From Armatimonadota bacterium (GTDB taxonomy: Bacteria > Armatimonadota > SYMT01 > JACQGL01), in contig JACQGL010000185.1 of assembly GCA_016199525.1 (NCBI GenBank), forward strand, positions 1 through 57,248: a DNA stretch of 57,248 nt, given 5' to 3'. Below, piece after piece: positions 27,204-36,125 of this stretch. The position numbers and the translations under genes are program-made. Under the pieces are notes generated by a model. That model made no database searches, had not been told where the DNA came from, and worked only from the letters and a program-made list of their open reading frames with translations. Within the stretch, counting starts at the first letter, position 1. Every line of letters begins with the position of its first letter.

Positions 27204-28436
27204 CTACCTCAGCCCCCATGCCGCGTCAATCTCCCGCTGGTAGGCGTCCACTCGGCCGGCCAGCACGTCCGCTACCCGCACCGGCTGGCCGGAGATGTGG
27301 GACTCGAAGAAGGCGGTCACCACTGCCTGGGCGCGCAGGCCGGCGAAGCCGTCCAGCTCCGGTGGGCGGCCGGTCCGCACCGCCTCCAGAAAGTCGTACA
27401 CCTCCAGCTCCACCCCGTGGTCGCCGCTTAGGGAAGCGGGGTCAGGGAACAGGGCAGCAGGGAACAGACACTCCCGTTCTTCGGCACCCAGGCTGGCGAG
27501 AAACCGTCGGATCAGCTCCTCATAGGGAACGACCTCCCCGTTCCACCATTGCAGCTCGGGATGGGTGGGGTAGATACCCTCACTGTAAACGCTGCCGTGG
27601 GAGCCGTGGTAGACGGTGTAGTTGATGCCCCGGCCAGGGGCCGCGCCCGTCCAGGTCCAGGTGCCGACCACGCCATCGGCGAACGTCAGGTGCGCAACGC
27701 AGGTATCCTCCACGCTGATCCGCCGCGTGCCACCGTCGGGAAGCGGCCATTCCCAGGCGTTCACGTCGCCCACGAATGCGTAGACGGTCTCCACATCGCC
27801 GAAGAAATAGAGCAGCACGTCGGCGTAGTGGACGCCGCCGTCGAAGATGAATCCCCCACCCCCCGTGAGCTTGTCCTGCCGCCAGGTGAATGGAAGCGGG
27901 CTACGGCGCTCGTCGGGGTGGGCATGGCGATCGCCGCCGCTGTTCTGAGCAAAGAAGAGGCGGGGAGCGCCAATGAGCCCTGCTTCTTGCAACGCCCAGC
28001 GGGTGGCCCGGGGACCGATCCAGCGGCGGACCTGCTCGGCGGTAGCCAGCGTGCGGCCCGTGCGCTGGGCGGCCTCGATCATCCGGCGCGCGGCGCGGAT
28101 CGTCACCCCGAGCGGCTTCTCGATCAGCACGTGCGCTCCCGCCTCCAGGCAGGCAATGGCGGTCGTGTGGTGCAAGTGGTGGGGAGTGGTCACGTCCACC
28201 GCGTCCGGGGGACGGTCGCGCAGTAGCGCCTCCAGATCCGCGTAAACGGTCGGGCGGTCGCCCCATTCTGCGGCGAGTGCGGCGAATTGCTCCGCGCGGT
28301 CCAGGGCAGGATCGCAGACGGCGGTGATCTCGAATGTCTGGATCCCCTTTTGCTTCAGGCTGCCGTAGGCGTTCAGATGGATGCGTGCCATCCCGCCACA
28401 GCCGATCAGGGCAAGCCGAACGGGAGTTGAAGGCAT
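27204..28436 (-). CDS. Gfo/Idh/MocA family oxidoreductase
   Basis: VRLALIGCGGMARIHL Rossmann motif, TTPHHLHHTTAIA, EKPL. 410 aa. Confidence 0.85.
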   Translation of the reverse strand: MPSTPVRLALIGCGGMARIHLNAYGSLKQKGIQTFEITAVCDPALDRAEQFAALAAEWGDRPTVYADLEALLRDRPPDAVDVTTPHHLHHTTAIACLEAGAHVLIEKPLGVTIRAARRMIEAAQRTGRTLATAEQVRRWIGPRATRWALQEAGLIGAPRLFFAQNSGGDRHAHPDERRSPLPFTWRQDKLTGGGGFIFDGGVHYADVLLYFFGDVETVYAFVGDVNAWEWPLPDGGTRRISVEDTCVAHLTFADGVVGTWTWTGAAPGRGINYTVYHGSHGSVYSEGIYPTHPELQWWNGEVVPYEELIRRFLASLGAEERECLFPAALFPDPASLSGDHGVELEVYDFLEAVRTGRPPELDGFAGLRAQAVVTAFFESHISGQPVRVADVLAGRVDAYQREIDAAWGLR

Positions 28437-28480
28437 AGGTGTATTGTTCCTCTGTCACCACAGAAACACGGAGGGCCGGT

Positions 28481-28574
28481 AGCCTATCAAGCGTCCAGTG
28501 AATCGTTCAAGGGTCAACAAAATATTATGAGTGCGGCGTTGACCCGTTGACCGTTCGCCGCGCGCTTGATAGAC
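28481..28574. promoter_or_regulatory. Mirror-image divergent promoter pair
   Basis: Plus strand: TTGACC (28546-28551), 17 nt spacer, TAGACT (28569-28574). Minus strand: TTGAAC, 18 nt spacer, TAGGCT. The two 37-nt arms (28481-28517 and 28537-28573) are inverted repeats matching at 27 of 37 positions around an AT-rich centre. Confidence 0.45.
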
Positions 28575-28843
28575 TACCAAAAGTGCGGGCATTGGGCGTT
28601 GAGCGTTAGGATCCCAGATCCGTACGCTGCCACACTCCCCCCACATCGCGCGTTCCCACGGCGGATGTCTACCGGCAGATTGGTTCGCATCCAGGACGCG
28701 ATTGCCCTGCCCGCCCTGTCTCTGATTCCATGAACTCCCGGCGGTGGCTCTGCGTCCACGGGCATGGAAGTACAGCTTTCGTCTTTCCCCTTACGGACGC
28801 TTCGTCTTCCGGCTGGTTCGTCTTCCGATATAGGAGGGATCGC

Positions 28844-29569
28844 GTGCACAGAATGAAGCAAGCCGCCCTGGTGGTGGTAACTCTGAGTAGCGTAGCGCTG
28901 GTGAGTGGCGCCCTGGCTCAACCACAACAGCCGCAGCGCCGCGGTCGGGGAGCCATAGGACGGATTATCGCGGTCAATGAGACCGGTTTCGACCTGGCGA
29001 TGGGCCGCGGGAACAACCCGCAGCCGGTGAGGGTCTCCGTGAACCACGAGACGCGCTACTTCGATCTAAAGCGGGGAGCGGTCGCCGACCTGAAAGCCGA
29101 GCAGCGCGTGGTGGTGTTCGGTCAGCAGGCCGAGGGGAAGGTGACGGCGCGCGCCATCGTGAGGCTGGGTGGTCTGGGCTCCCAGCCAGGCGAGCGCGGT
29201 ATGAAGGGCCTGCTAGGTTTGCTGCGCGGCCTCGGCGGCCAACAGCGCGGGCCCCGGAACCAGGGGAGCGCGCCCGCCCCGAAGGTCCCCCATCGCCCGG
29301 CCGTGGGCAAGATCACCAGCACGAGCCCGCTCCAGGTAACCACGCGCGATGGCCAGACGCTGGAGGTGGCCACGACCCCGCAGACGGCGGTGCTCTCCCT
29401 GCAGCCCATCGCGTTGCCGGACCTGAAAACGGGCGACTTCGTCCGCGTGATGGGCGAGCGCCAGGGGGGAGTGGGGCAGCCAGTCTCCGTCACCGCGACG
29501 GCAGTGGCCAAGGTGCCCGCCCCGGCCCGCGGAGGCCGCCGGGGCCGGCGCGCCGGAGCCGGCGGCTGA
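28844..29569 (+). CDS. Secreted protein with two tandem beta-rich repeats (DUF5666-like)
   Basis: GTG 28844 lies 5 nt after AGGAGGG (ATG 28853 is the alternative). Signal peptide MKQAALVVVTLSSVALVSGALA. Two similar modules (GRIIAVNETGFDL...VTARAIV and GKITSTSPLQVTT...VTATAVAKV). Confidence 0.55.
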   Translation: MHRMKQAALVVVTLSSVALVSGALAQPQQPQRRGRGAIGRIIAVNETGFDLAMGRGNNPQPVRVSVNHETRYFDLKRGAVADLKAEQRVVVFGQQAEGKVTARAIVRLGGLGSQPGERGMKGLLGLLRGLGGQQRGPRNQGSAPAPKVPHRPAVGKITSTSPLQVTTRDGQTLEVATTPQTAVLSLQPIALPDLKTGDFVRVMGERQGGVGQPVSVTATAVAKVPAPARGGRRGRRAGAGG

Positions 29570-29595
29570 TCGGCCGTCCAGAATTCCGAAACGCG

Positions 29596-29625
29596 GAAGC
29601 CCGCCTGCATGAGGCGGGCTTCTTT
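29596..29625 (+). terminator. Rho-independent terminator
   Basis: GAAGCCCGCC - TGCATGA - GGCGGGCTTC followed by TTT, 27 nt after the stop at 29569. Confidence 0.75.
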
Positions 29626-29980
29626 CGTACGCGACAGGGCAGCGTCGCGGCGCCCCCGGCACACGCCCAGACGTACGGGGGGCGTGCGCACGGTTCCCGC
29701 CGCCTGGGGCGCCGTGGGATAGCCGCCCCAGATGTTCCGGAAAGCGTGCCGGCCACAGAAGGAGCGGGCGCCGGCTACTGTCCCTACAGGGGTTTCTCAG
29801 GCCGAACAGGAAACATGGCCGGAGAGCGACTAACCGGTGGAGGAACTGCTCCCTGCGGGATGAGCCGGCCACCGGGCGACGGCGCCTGCTTCGGCCTCGC
29901 CCGCGACGCGCTGTTTCCTCCCCGATTTCATCGGGATTTCGCTGCGCTCAACTCTCCGCCGGCATAGAGGCGCATCCAGG

Positions 29981-32899
29981 ATGACCACCCGCCAGAACCT
30001 TCGCCCGTTCGGCGCGCTGCTGCTCGTGCTCTGCCTGGCAACCGGTCCGCTGGAGCTGTCTGCCGGAGGCCGGCCAGGCGGTGCGCACCGCCTGGCCGGG
30101 ATGGCGCCGCCGCGCCTGGCTTTCGAGGGTCTGCCGCCGGTGATCGGCGCCCGTACGGGGGACAGGGGCGATTTCGAGCGCGAGTACTGGTACTGGTATC
30201 AGAGGTCGCTGCCCGGCGGCGTCTTCCCCCGCGAGGCAGAGTACGCGGCGCGGCTGCGGGCCACCGCCTTCGCCGCCCGAGCGCGCCGGGCGCTTGCCGA
30301 TGGCCGGCTTCCACGGGCCGCCGCCCGCCTCCTCTCCTCGAGATGGACAGAACTGGGTCCGCGCGGCGTGGTGGCGTGGGGATACGGGACCGGCATCTCC
30401 GCCGGCCGGGCCTCGTGCCTGTTATTACAGAAGGAGCTGAATCGCATTCTCCTCGGCGGCGCCGCGGGCGGCATCTGGAAGCGCGCTCTCACCCCGGGGA
30501 CCGAGTTTACCCCGCAATCGGACTACGCCGACAGCCTGGCCATCGGGTCCCTGGCTGCAGATCCGCACGATCCCCAGGTGCTTTACGCCGGCACCGGCGA
30601 GGCCGGCCTCTACATCGGCTCCTTCAACGGCGCGGGGTTGCTCCGATCCACGGACGGGGGCGATAGCTGGCAGCGGATTGACAACGGCAGCCTGTCCGCC
30701 AGGAAGATTTCACAGGTATGGGTGGACCCCACCAATTCCTCCCGGCTCCTGGTGAGCGTTCTCTACGACGGTCTGTACGAATCGCTCGACGGCGGGATCC
30801 ACTGGGTGAAGCGGCTCGCCGGCGCCGCCATGGGGTTTGCCGTCTCCCCTGCGGATCGCCACCGCATTCTTTTCTCGAACAGCGAGCCGTGGGGTGACCC
30901 TAATGCCGATCTGCTGCTCTCCACGGATGGCGGCCGCACCTTCACCCCCGTCAATGGTCCCTGGCGAGGGCCGGGGACCACCGTCGGCCGGATCTCCGTT
31001 GCCTTCGCGCCGTCCGATCCCCGCGTCGTCTGGGCTTCCGTGGCGCCACCCCTCCTCGGCACGGACGCGGAACGCGCAGGCATCTACCGCTCGACCGACG
31101 GCGGCGCCTCGTTCTCGCCGGTGTTCTCCCGCAGCCACGTGGATACGAACTGGCGCGGTAATCCCATTGCCGTGTCGCCCGTGGCCCCGGATGTGATCTA
31201 CTTCGGCGGCCTGAACCTCTACCGGGGGACCGCGGCGGGCCAGCTGACGCAGCTCACAAACTGGTACGCCACCCCCGGGGTTTCGTTCGTGCACGCCGAC
31301 CAGCACGCTATCGTCTTTGATCCCGACAACCCGGACTCGATCTATGTCGCCAACGACGGCGGCCTCTACGCCACTACCGATGGCGGTGCCACCTGGAGTG
31401 ATAGGAACGCCGGATTGGGGACCATCCAGTTCTACGCCGGCTGCGTCGGCACCGGCAACGGGCTGAACAGCCTCTTCGGGGGCACCCAGGATAACGGCTC
31501 CGCCCGGCCCACGAATGGGAGAGAATGGACGGAAACGATCGGCGGCGACGGCTTCCAGTGCGCGGTGGATCCACAAGCCGACTACATCATCTACGGCACC
31601 AGCTACGATGCGACTTACTACCTTTCTACCGATGCGGGCTTCTCGTTCGTGGCTCTCGCCCCTGTGCCCATCCTCTTGGGTGAGCAGCGGCCGTTCCGCA
31701 CACCGCTGGCCATCGATCCTGGCGATGGCGCGCGGATCTACGGCGGCGCCCAGCGCGTCTATCGTGGTACCAGCAACCGGATCAACGCCGCGGTCTGGAC
31801 CCCGACGAGCGCCGGCCTCCTCTTCCCGGACGAGCCTGTGTACCGGATTGCCGTGGCCAGAACGGACGGCAACTGCCTCTATGCCTCGGGCGGGCCGCAC
31901 CTGGCTCGCACGACCACTGGCGGTGACCCGTGGACGGCTATCGATCCGCCCGGCAGCCAGTTCATTACCGGCGTGGCGGTTCATCCTGCGGCAGCGAACT
32001 CCATCGTCTGCTCGCGCTCCGGCTACGTCGGGGGACAGGTGGTGCGCACGCTGGACGGTGGTCGCACCTGGACGGACATTACTGCCAATCTGCCCAACGT
32101 CCCCGCGAACAACGTGGTGCTGCGCGCCGCCGGCAGCCGTCTGGATACCTACCTGGCTACCGATACAGGGGTCTACTACGCGGACTTGAACGCGCCCACC
32201 ATCTTCTGGTCCCCGGTGGGCGCCGGCCTGCCCAACATGCCCGTCTTCGATCTCCTCCTGGCGGACGCCGGCAACCGCATCGTGGCCGTCACCCACGGGC
32301 GCGGGATGTGGTTGCTGGGCAGAGGCCCGGTCAACCTCAGCGCGCTCGCGGTGTCCCGCAGCGCCATCCAGCTCTCCTGGACCGACAACGACGCCGATGA
32401 GACCGGCCTCCGGATCGAGCGCAAGACGACGGGGGGCTCCTTCAGCGAGATGGGTGGCGTAGATCCCAACATTAGCACGTTCATCAACACGGCCCTGATC
32501 CCTGGCACCACGTATACCTACCGTGTACGATCCACCGGCCCGGGTGGCGATTCGTTCTATTCGAACGAGGCCAGCGCCACCACGCACGGCGGCAGGCTGC
32601 GGGTCGCGCGGCGGGTGAATTTCGGCGCTGTTCGTGTGGGGGATTTCCGCACGCGGTCGCTTCTCATTCGTAACCTCAGCAAGGCCGAAAGCTTGATGGT
32701 GACGGTGACCGATCCGACAGGCCCCTACGCCCTCGCCACCCGCACCCGATTTCTACTCATTCCCCCGCATGGCCGACGCGCCGTGACGCTCGGCTTCTTC
32801 CCTCGGGAGCAGGGCCGGCGGCCGGGCATCCTGACGATCCACAGCGGCGATCCGTCCCGAAGTACGGCCAGCGTCGCCCTGGTCGGCACCGGCCGCTAA
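29981..32899 (+). CDS. Large secreted BNR/Asp-box repeat protein with FN3 and a C-terminal Ig-like domain
   Basis: Signal peptide. At least six Asp-boxes (STDGGDSW, SLDGGIHW, STDGGRTF, STDGGASF, TTDGGATW, TLDGGRTW). FN3-like segment (LSWTDNDADETGLRIERK...TTYTYRVRS). C-terminal PapD/HYDIN-like sandwich (NFGAVRVGDFRTRSLLIRN). Confidence 0.8.
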   Translation: MTTRQNLRPFGALLLVLCLATGPLELSAGGRPGGAHRLAGMAPPRLAFEGLPPVIGARTGDRGDFEREYWYWYQRSLPGGVFPREAEYAARLRATAFAARARRALADGRLPRAAARLLSSRWTELGPRGVVAWGYGTGISAGRASCLLLQKELNRILLGGAAGGIWKRALTPGTEFTPQSDYADSLAIGSLAADPHDPQVLYAGTGEAGLYIGSFNGAGLLRSTDGGDSWQRIDNGSLSARKISQVWVDPTNSSRLLVSVLYDGLYESLDGGIHWVKRLAGAAMGFAVSPADRHRILFSNSEPWGDPNADLLLSTDGGRTFTPVNGPWRGPGTTVGRISVAFAPSDPRVVWASVAPPLLGTDAERAGIYRSTDGGASFSPVFSRSHVDTNWRGNPIAVSPVAPDVIYFGGLNLYRGTAAGQLTQLTNWYATPGVSFVHADQHAIVFDPDNPDSIYVANDGGLYATTDGGATWSDRNAGLGTIQFYAGCVGTGNGLNSLFGGTQDNGSARPTNGREWTETIGGDGFQCAVDPQADYIIYGTSYDATYYLSTDAGFSFVALAPVPILLGEQRPFRTPLAIDPGDGARIYGGAQRVYRGTSNRINAAVWTPTSAGLLFPDEPVYRIAVARTDGNCLYASGGPHLARTTTGGDPWTAIDPPGSQFITGVAVHPAAANSIVCSRSGYVGGQVVRTLDGGRTWTDITANLPNVPANNVVLRAAGSRLDTYLATDTGVYYADLNAPTIFWSPVGAGLPNMPVFDLLLADAGNRIVAVTHGRGMWLLGRGPVNLSALAVSRSAIQLSWTDNDADETGLRIERKTTGGSFSEMGGVDPNISTFINTALIPGTTYTYRVRSTGPGGDSFYSNEASATTHGGRLRVARRVNFGAVRVGDFRTRSLLIRNLSKAESLMVTVTDPTGPYALATRTRFLLIPPHGRRAVTLGFFPREQGRRPGILTIHSGDPSRSTASVALVGTGR

Positions 32900-33045
32900 G
32901 CGGCGCCAGCAGCGACCGGTCCGTGTTGCCGTGCGGTTGCGGCTGTTGCGGCTTGCGGAGCAGGATTTCGCCCCCTCATCGCGCATGGGAAACTATCCGC
33001 TCTTCGCCGCCGTGCATCTCGCAACGTACTGCAGAGGAAGCATTA

Positions 33046-33082
33046 TGGTATAATCGGGCGCCGGCGGCGGGGACCGCCGGCG
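33046..33082 (+). promoter_or_regulatory. Extended -10 promoter (TGGTATAAT) plus GC hairpin in the hflX leader
   Basis: TG-n-TATAAT at 33046-33054. A 9-bp hairpin CGCCGGCGG/CCGCCGGCG at 33059-33082 lies just upstream of GGAAGGA and the TTG start. Confidence 0.45.
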
Positions 33083-33097
33083 GAAGGACAACAGAAT

Positions 33098-34252
33098 TTG
33101 GCCGCAAGAACGCAGGCAGTCCAGCACATAGAACGCGCGGTCCTGGCAGCGGTGGACACTACCGGCAACGGCGCCGCTCACGACCTGGAAGAGCTGCGGC
33201 AGCTGGTGGACACTGCCGGGGCCCAGGTGGTCGGGGAGTTAACCCAGCGGCGGGACGCCCCCAACCCCGTGCGCTACTTTGGCAAGGGCAAAATCGAGGA
33301 GCTGGCGGAGCTGGTGCGGCAGTCGCGGGCCGATCTGGTGATCGTGGACGACGATCTCTCCGCGGTACAGCAGCACAACATCGTCGAGGTGGTGGATGCC
33401 CGGGTTATCGACCGCACCGAGCTAATCCTGGACATCTTCGCGCAGCGCGCCCGCACGCGCGAGGGCAAGCTCCAGGTGGAGCTGGCCCAACACAAGTATC
33501 TGCTGCCGCGGATTACATCCGTCTACACGCGCTTCGAGCAGCAGCGCGGCGGCATCGGCCTGCGCGGCCCCGGCGAGACGAAGATGGAAGCGGATCGATC
33601 TCGCATCCGGCGCCGGATCGCGGACCTGGAACGCCAGATCGCCGAAGTGGCCCGGCACCGGCGCATCGCCCGTGCCAAACGGGAGCGGCTGGGGCTGCCC
33701 ACCGCCGCCCTGGTCGGCTACACCAGCGCCGGGAAATCCACCTTGCTCAACGCCCTTACCGGCGCGGACGTCTACACGGACCCGAAGCTGTTCGCCACCC
33801 TGGATCCCACCACGCGCCGCGTCGATCTGCCCAGCGGCCGGGTAGCGCTGGTTTCGGACACGGTCGGCTTCATCCGCAAGCTGCCACACCACTTAGTGGC
33901 CGCCTTCCGCGCCACCCTGGAGGAGACGGTGCAGTCCACCGTCCTGCTACACGTGGTGGACGTCAGCCATCCGCAGATGCGCGCGCAGATGGAGGCCGTC
34001 CTCGGTGTGCTCAACGATCTCCACGTCGGGGAGCGGCCCATCCTCACGGTGCTTAACAAGATCGATCTGGTGAAGGATACCTACACCCTGCGGGAGATGG
34101 TGGCGAAGTACCCTGATACCGTCTACCTTTCGGCGCTGACCGGCAACGGGCTCATCCAGCTCCTGCGCAAGCTGGAGCAGGTGCTGGCGCGGGAAGAGCG
34201 CCGCGCCGAAGCGCGACGGTGGGAAGAGCGGCGTGCGTACGGAGCTGTTTGA
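33098..34252 (+). CDS. hflX: GTPase HflX
   Basis: HflX N-domain (YFGKGKIEEL, DRTELILDIFAQRARTREGKLQVELAQ). G1 GYTSAGKST, DTVGF, NKID. TTG start. Confidence 0.9.
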   Translation: MAARTQAVQHIERAVLAAVDTTGNGAAHDLEELRQLVDTAGAQVVGELTQRRDAPNPVRYFGKGKIEELAELVRQSRADLVIVDDDLSAVQQHNIVEVVDARVIDRTELILDIFAQRARTREGKLQVELAQHKYLLPRITSVYTRFEQQRGGIGLRGPGETKMEADRSRIRRRIADLERQIAEVARHRRIARAKRERLGLPTAALVGYTSAGKSTLLNALTGADVYTDPKLFATLDPTTRRVDLPSGRVALVSDTVGFIRKLPHHLVAAFRATLEETVQSTVLLHVVDVSHPQMRAQMEAVLGVLNDLHVGERPILTVLNKIDLVKDTYTLREMVAKYPDTVYLSALTGNGLIQLLRKLEQVLAREERRAEARRWEERRAYGAV

Positions 34253-35270
34253 TTACCCCCTGCCACCCGAGCGCATCGCCCAGACGCCGATTGAGCCGCG
34301 CGACGCCTCTCGCCTGCTCGTCTTGCGCCGCGAGACGGGCTGCATCGAGCACCGTGCCTTTCGCGACCTCCCCGAGTATGCCCGCCCCGGCGACCTGTTC
34401 GTGTTCAACGACACGCGGGTGCTGCCCGCGCGCCTCTACGGGGAGAAGGAGACCGGAGCGCGGGTGGAAGCGCTCCTGCTCCAGCGCCTGGGTGGCGGAC
34501 GATGGGAGGCGCTCGTCTCCCCCGGGCGAAGGCTGCCGGTGGGAGCGGAGATTGCCTTCGGCCCGCAGTTGCGCGCGGTGATTGAAGACCGCCGGCCAGA
34601 TGGCGCGCGCCAGCTGCGATTCGAGACGCCGGATGGGGGGCCGGAGGCGGTGGACGAGGCGATCCATCGCCTCGGCAAGGTGCCGCTGCCGCCCTACATC
34701 CACACCGAGCTCTCTGATCCAGAGCGCTACCAGACCATGTTCGCCCGCGTGGAGGGGAGCGCCGCGGCGCCTACCGCCGCCCTGCACTTCACCCCCGCCG
34801 TGCTGGACACGTTGCGCGAGAAAGGCGCCCGCTTCGCCTTCGTCACGCTGCACATCGGCATCGCCACCTTCCGTCCCGTGCGCGCAGCGCACATCGAAGA
34901 GCACGAAATGCACGCCGAGTGGTATTCCCTCCCCCCGGAAACCGTGGACGCGATCCGGCGGTGCGAGGGGCGCGTGGTAGCAGTGGGGACCACCGTGGTC
35001 CGCTGTCTGGAATCAGCGGCGGAGGGGAAGGAGGAGTCCCGACCGGTCGGGATGCGCGCCGGCTCCGGTCTGACGAACCTCTACATCACCCCCGGGCACC
35101 ACTTCCGCGTGGTGGATGCCCTGCTGACCAATTTCCATATGCCACGCAGCAGCCTGCTGGTATTGGTGAGCGCCTTCGCGGGACGGGAGCAGATCCTGCG
35201 CACCTACCAGGAGGCGCTGGCGCGGGGGTACCGCTTCCTGTCGTTGGGGGATGCGATGTGGGTGGAGTAG
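34233..35270 (+). CDS. queA: S-adenosylmethionine:tRNA ribosyltransferase-isomerase
   Basis: MRTELFDYPLPPERIAQTPIEPRDASRLLVL and the C-terminal GYRFLSLGDAMWV are QueA hallmarks. Overlaps hflX by 20 nt. Confidence 0.93.
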   Translation: MRTELFDYPLPPERIAQTPIEPRDASRLLVLRRETGCIEHRAFRDLPEYARPGDLFVFNDTRVLPARLYGEKETGARVEALLLQRLGGGRWEALVSPGRRLPVGAEIAFGPQLRAVIEDRRPDGARQLRFETPDGGPEAVDEAIHRLGKVPLPPYIHTELSDPERYQTMFARVEGSAAAPTAALHFTPAVLDTLREKGARFAFVTLHIGIATFRPVRAAHIEEHEMHAEWYSLPPETVDAIRRCEGRVVAVGTTVVRCLESAAEGKEESRPVGMRAGSGLTNLYITPGHHFRVVDALLTNFHMPRSSLLVLVSAFAGREQILRTYQEALARGYRFLSLGDAMWVE

Positions 35271-35281
35271 GAGAGGCGGCG

Positions 35282-35316
35282 CCCCCTCAACCCCGACGCA
35301 GTCGGGGTTGAGGGGG
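35282..35316. terminator. 16-bp perfect GC-rich hairpin between convergent genes (no U-tract)
   Basis: CCCCCTCAACCCCGAC - GCA - GTCGGGGTTGAGGGGG, 12 nt after the queA stop. Confidence 0.5.
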
Positions 35317-35513
35317 CAATCCCCACCGATGTCGCACGCGACGGCCCGCCGGCGGCGATCTCCCGCGTGCACCGACGAGGAGGCTGCATCCCGCGCCGCT
35401 CGCGGCACATTGGCACCGCAAACGAACACTAACCACAGGTGGCGGACGCCGTCTCGGCGCGAAAAACCGGCCTTCCGGCCGGCTTTTCGTGTACAGGGGC
35501 GAGGGACGGATGG

Positions 35514-35684
35514 TTACTGCGCGCGCTTGCCCTGCTCAATCAGCTGCTTGACCTTCTGGCCGCCCTTGCGACCGATCTCTTCGTAGAACTGGGGGCCGTG
35601 CCGGCGCGCGGTTACCTCTCCGCCTTTACGACCCGCCTCCCGCACCGTCATACTCCCCTTCTCGGTTTTCTTACGCTCTGCCAT
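35514..35684 (-). CDS. KGG-repeat general stress protein (YciG-like, 56 aa)
   Basis: MAERKKTEKGS...GRKGGE...GRKGGQ repeats. ATG 35684 is preceded by AGGAGA. The longer start at 35774 cannot be excluded. Confidence 0.6.
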   Translation of the reverse strand: MAERKKTEKGSMTVREAGRKGGEVTARRHGPQFYEEIGRKGGQKVKQLIEQGKRAQ

Positions 35685-36125
35685 CAGGTGTTTCTCCTGG
35701 CGGCGCTCCGCGCGGATGGGCCGGTCGAAAGAGCGCCGGTCCTGATCGGGGCCCAGATGCCGGGCTTGCCCCATAACCAGAGGAGCCTCCGGACTCCGAG
35801 CGATGCGTCTAGAGGCTGTTTACCCCAACGAAGTGGAAGCTAAACCCTGGGAGAGCAAGGCCCTGCCGTACGGCGGCGGGGTGCTGAGAGTGCGGAATAA
35901 AGACCGCCGGATGCCGCATGCTACGCGGGGAGGGTGGGATGGGACACGGCAGATCGGGGACCCGGGCGGTCCCGATATCTACAGGTGGGGGATGGTTGCG
36001 CGTCGAAGAGAGAGATCAGGGTCACCCCGGTAGAGGGGTGTGGCCCCACATCCGCTGTGCCACCGGGGCGAGCAGCGCTGCCGCCCCGGAGCGGCGCCTC
36101 GATCCACAGAGAATGGCAGCGTAAG

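Noticed and set aside
30710-32587. 625-aa ORF on the minus strand
   Set aside because: It is entirely antisense to the well-supported BNR-repeat gene. Its product is Arg/Gly/Ala/Pro-rich low complexity, typical of stop-free shadow frames in high-GC DNA.
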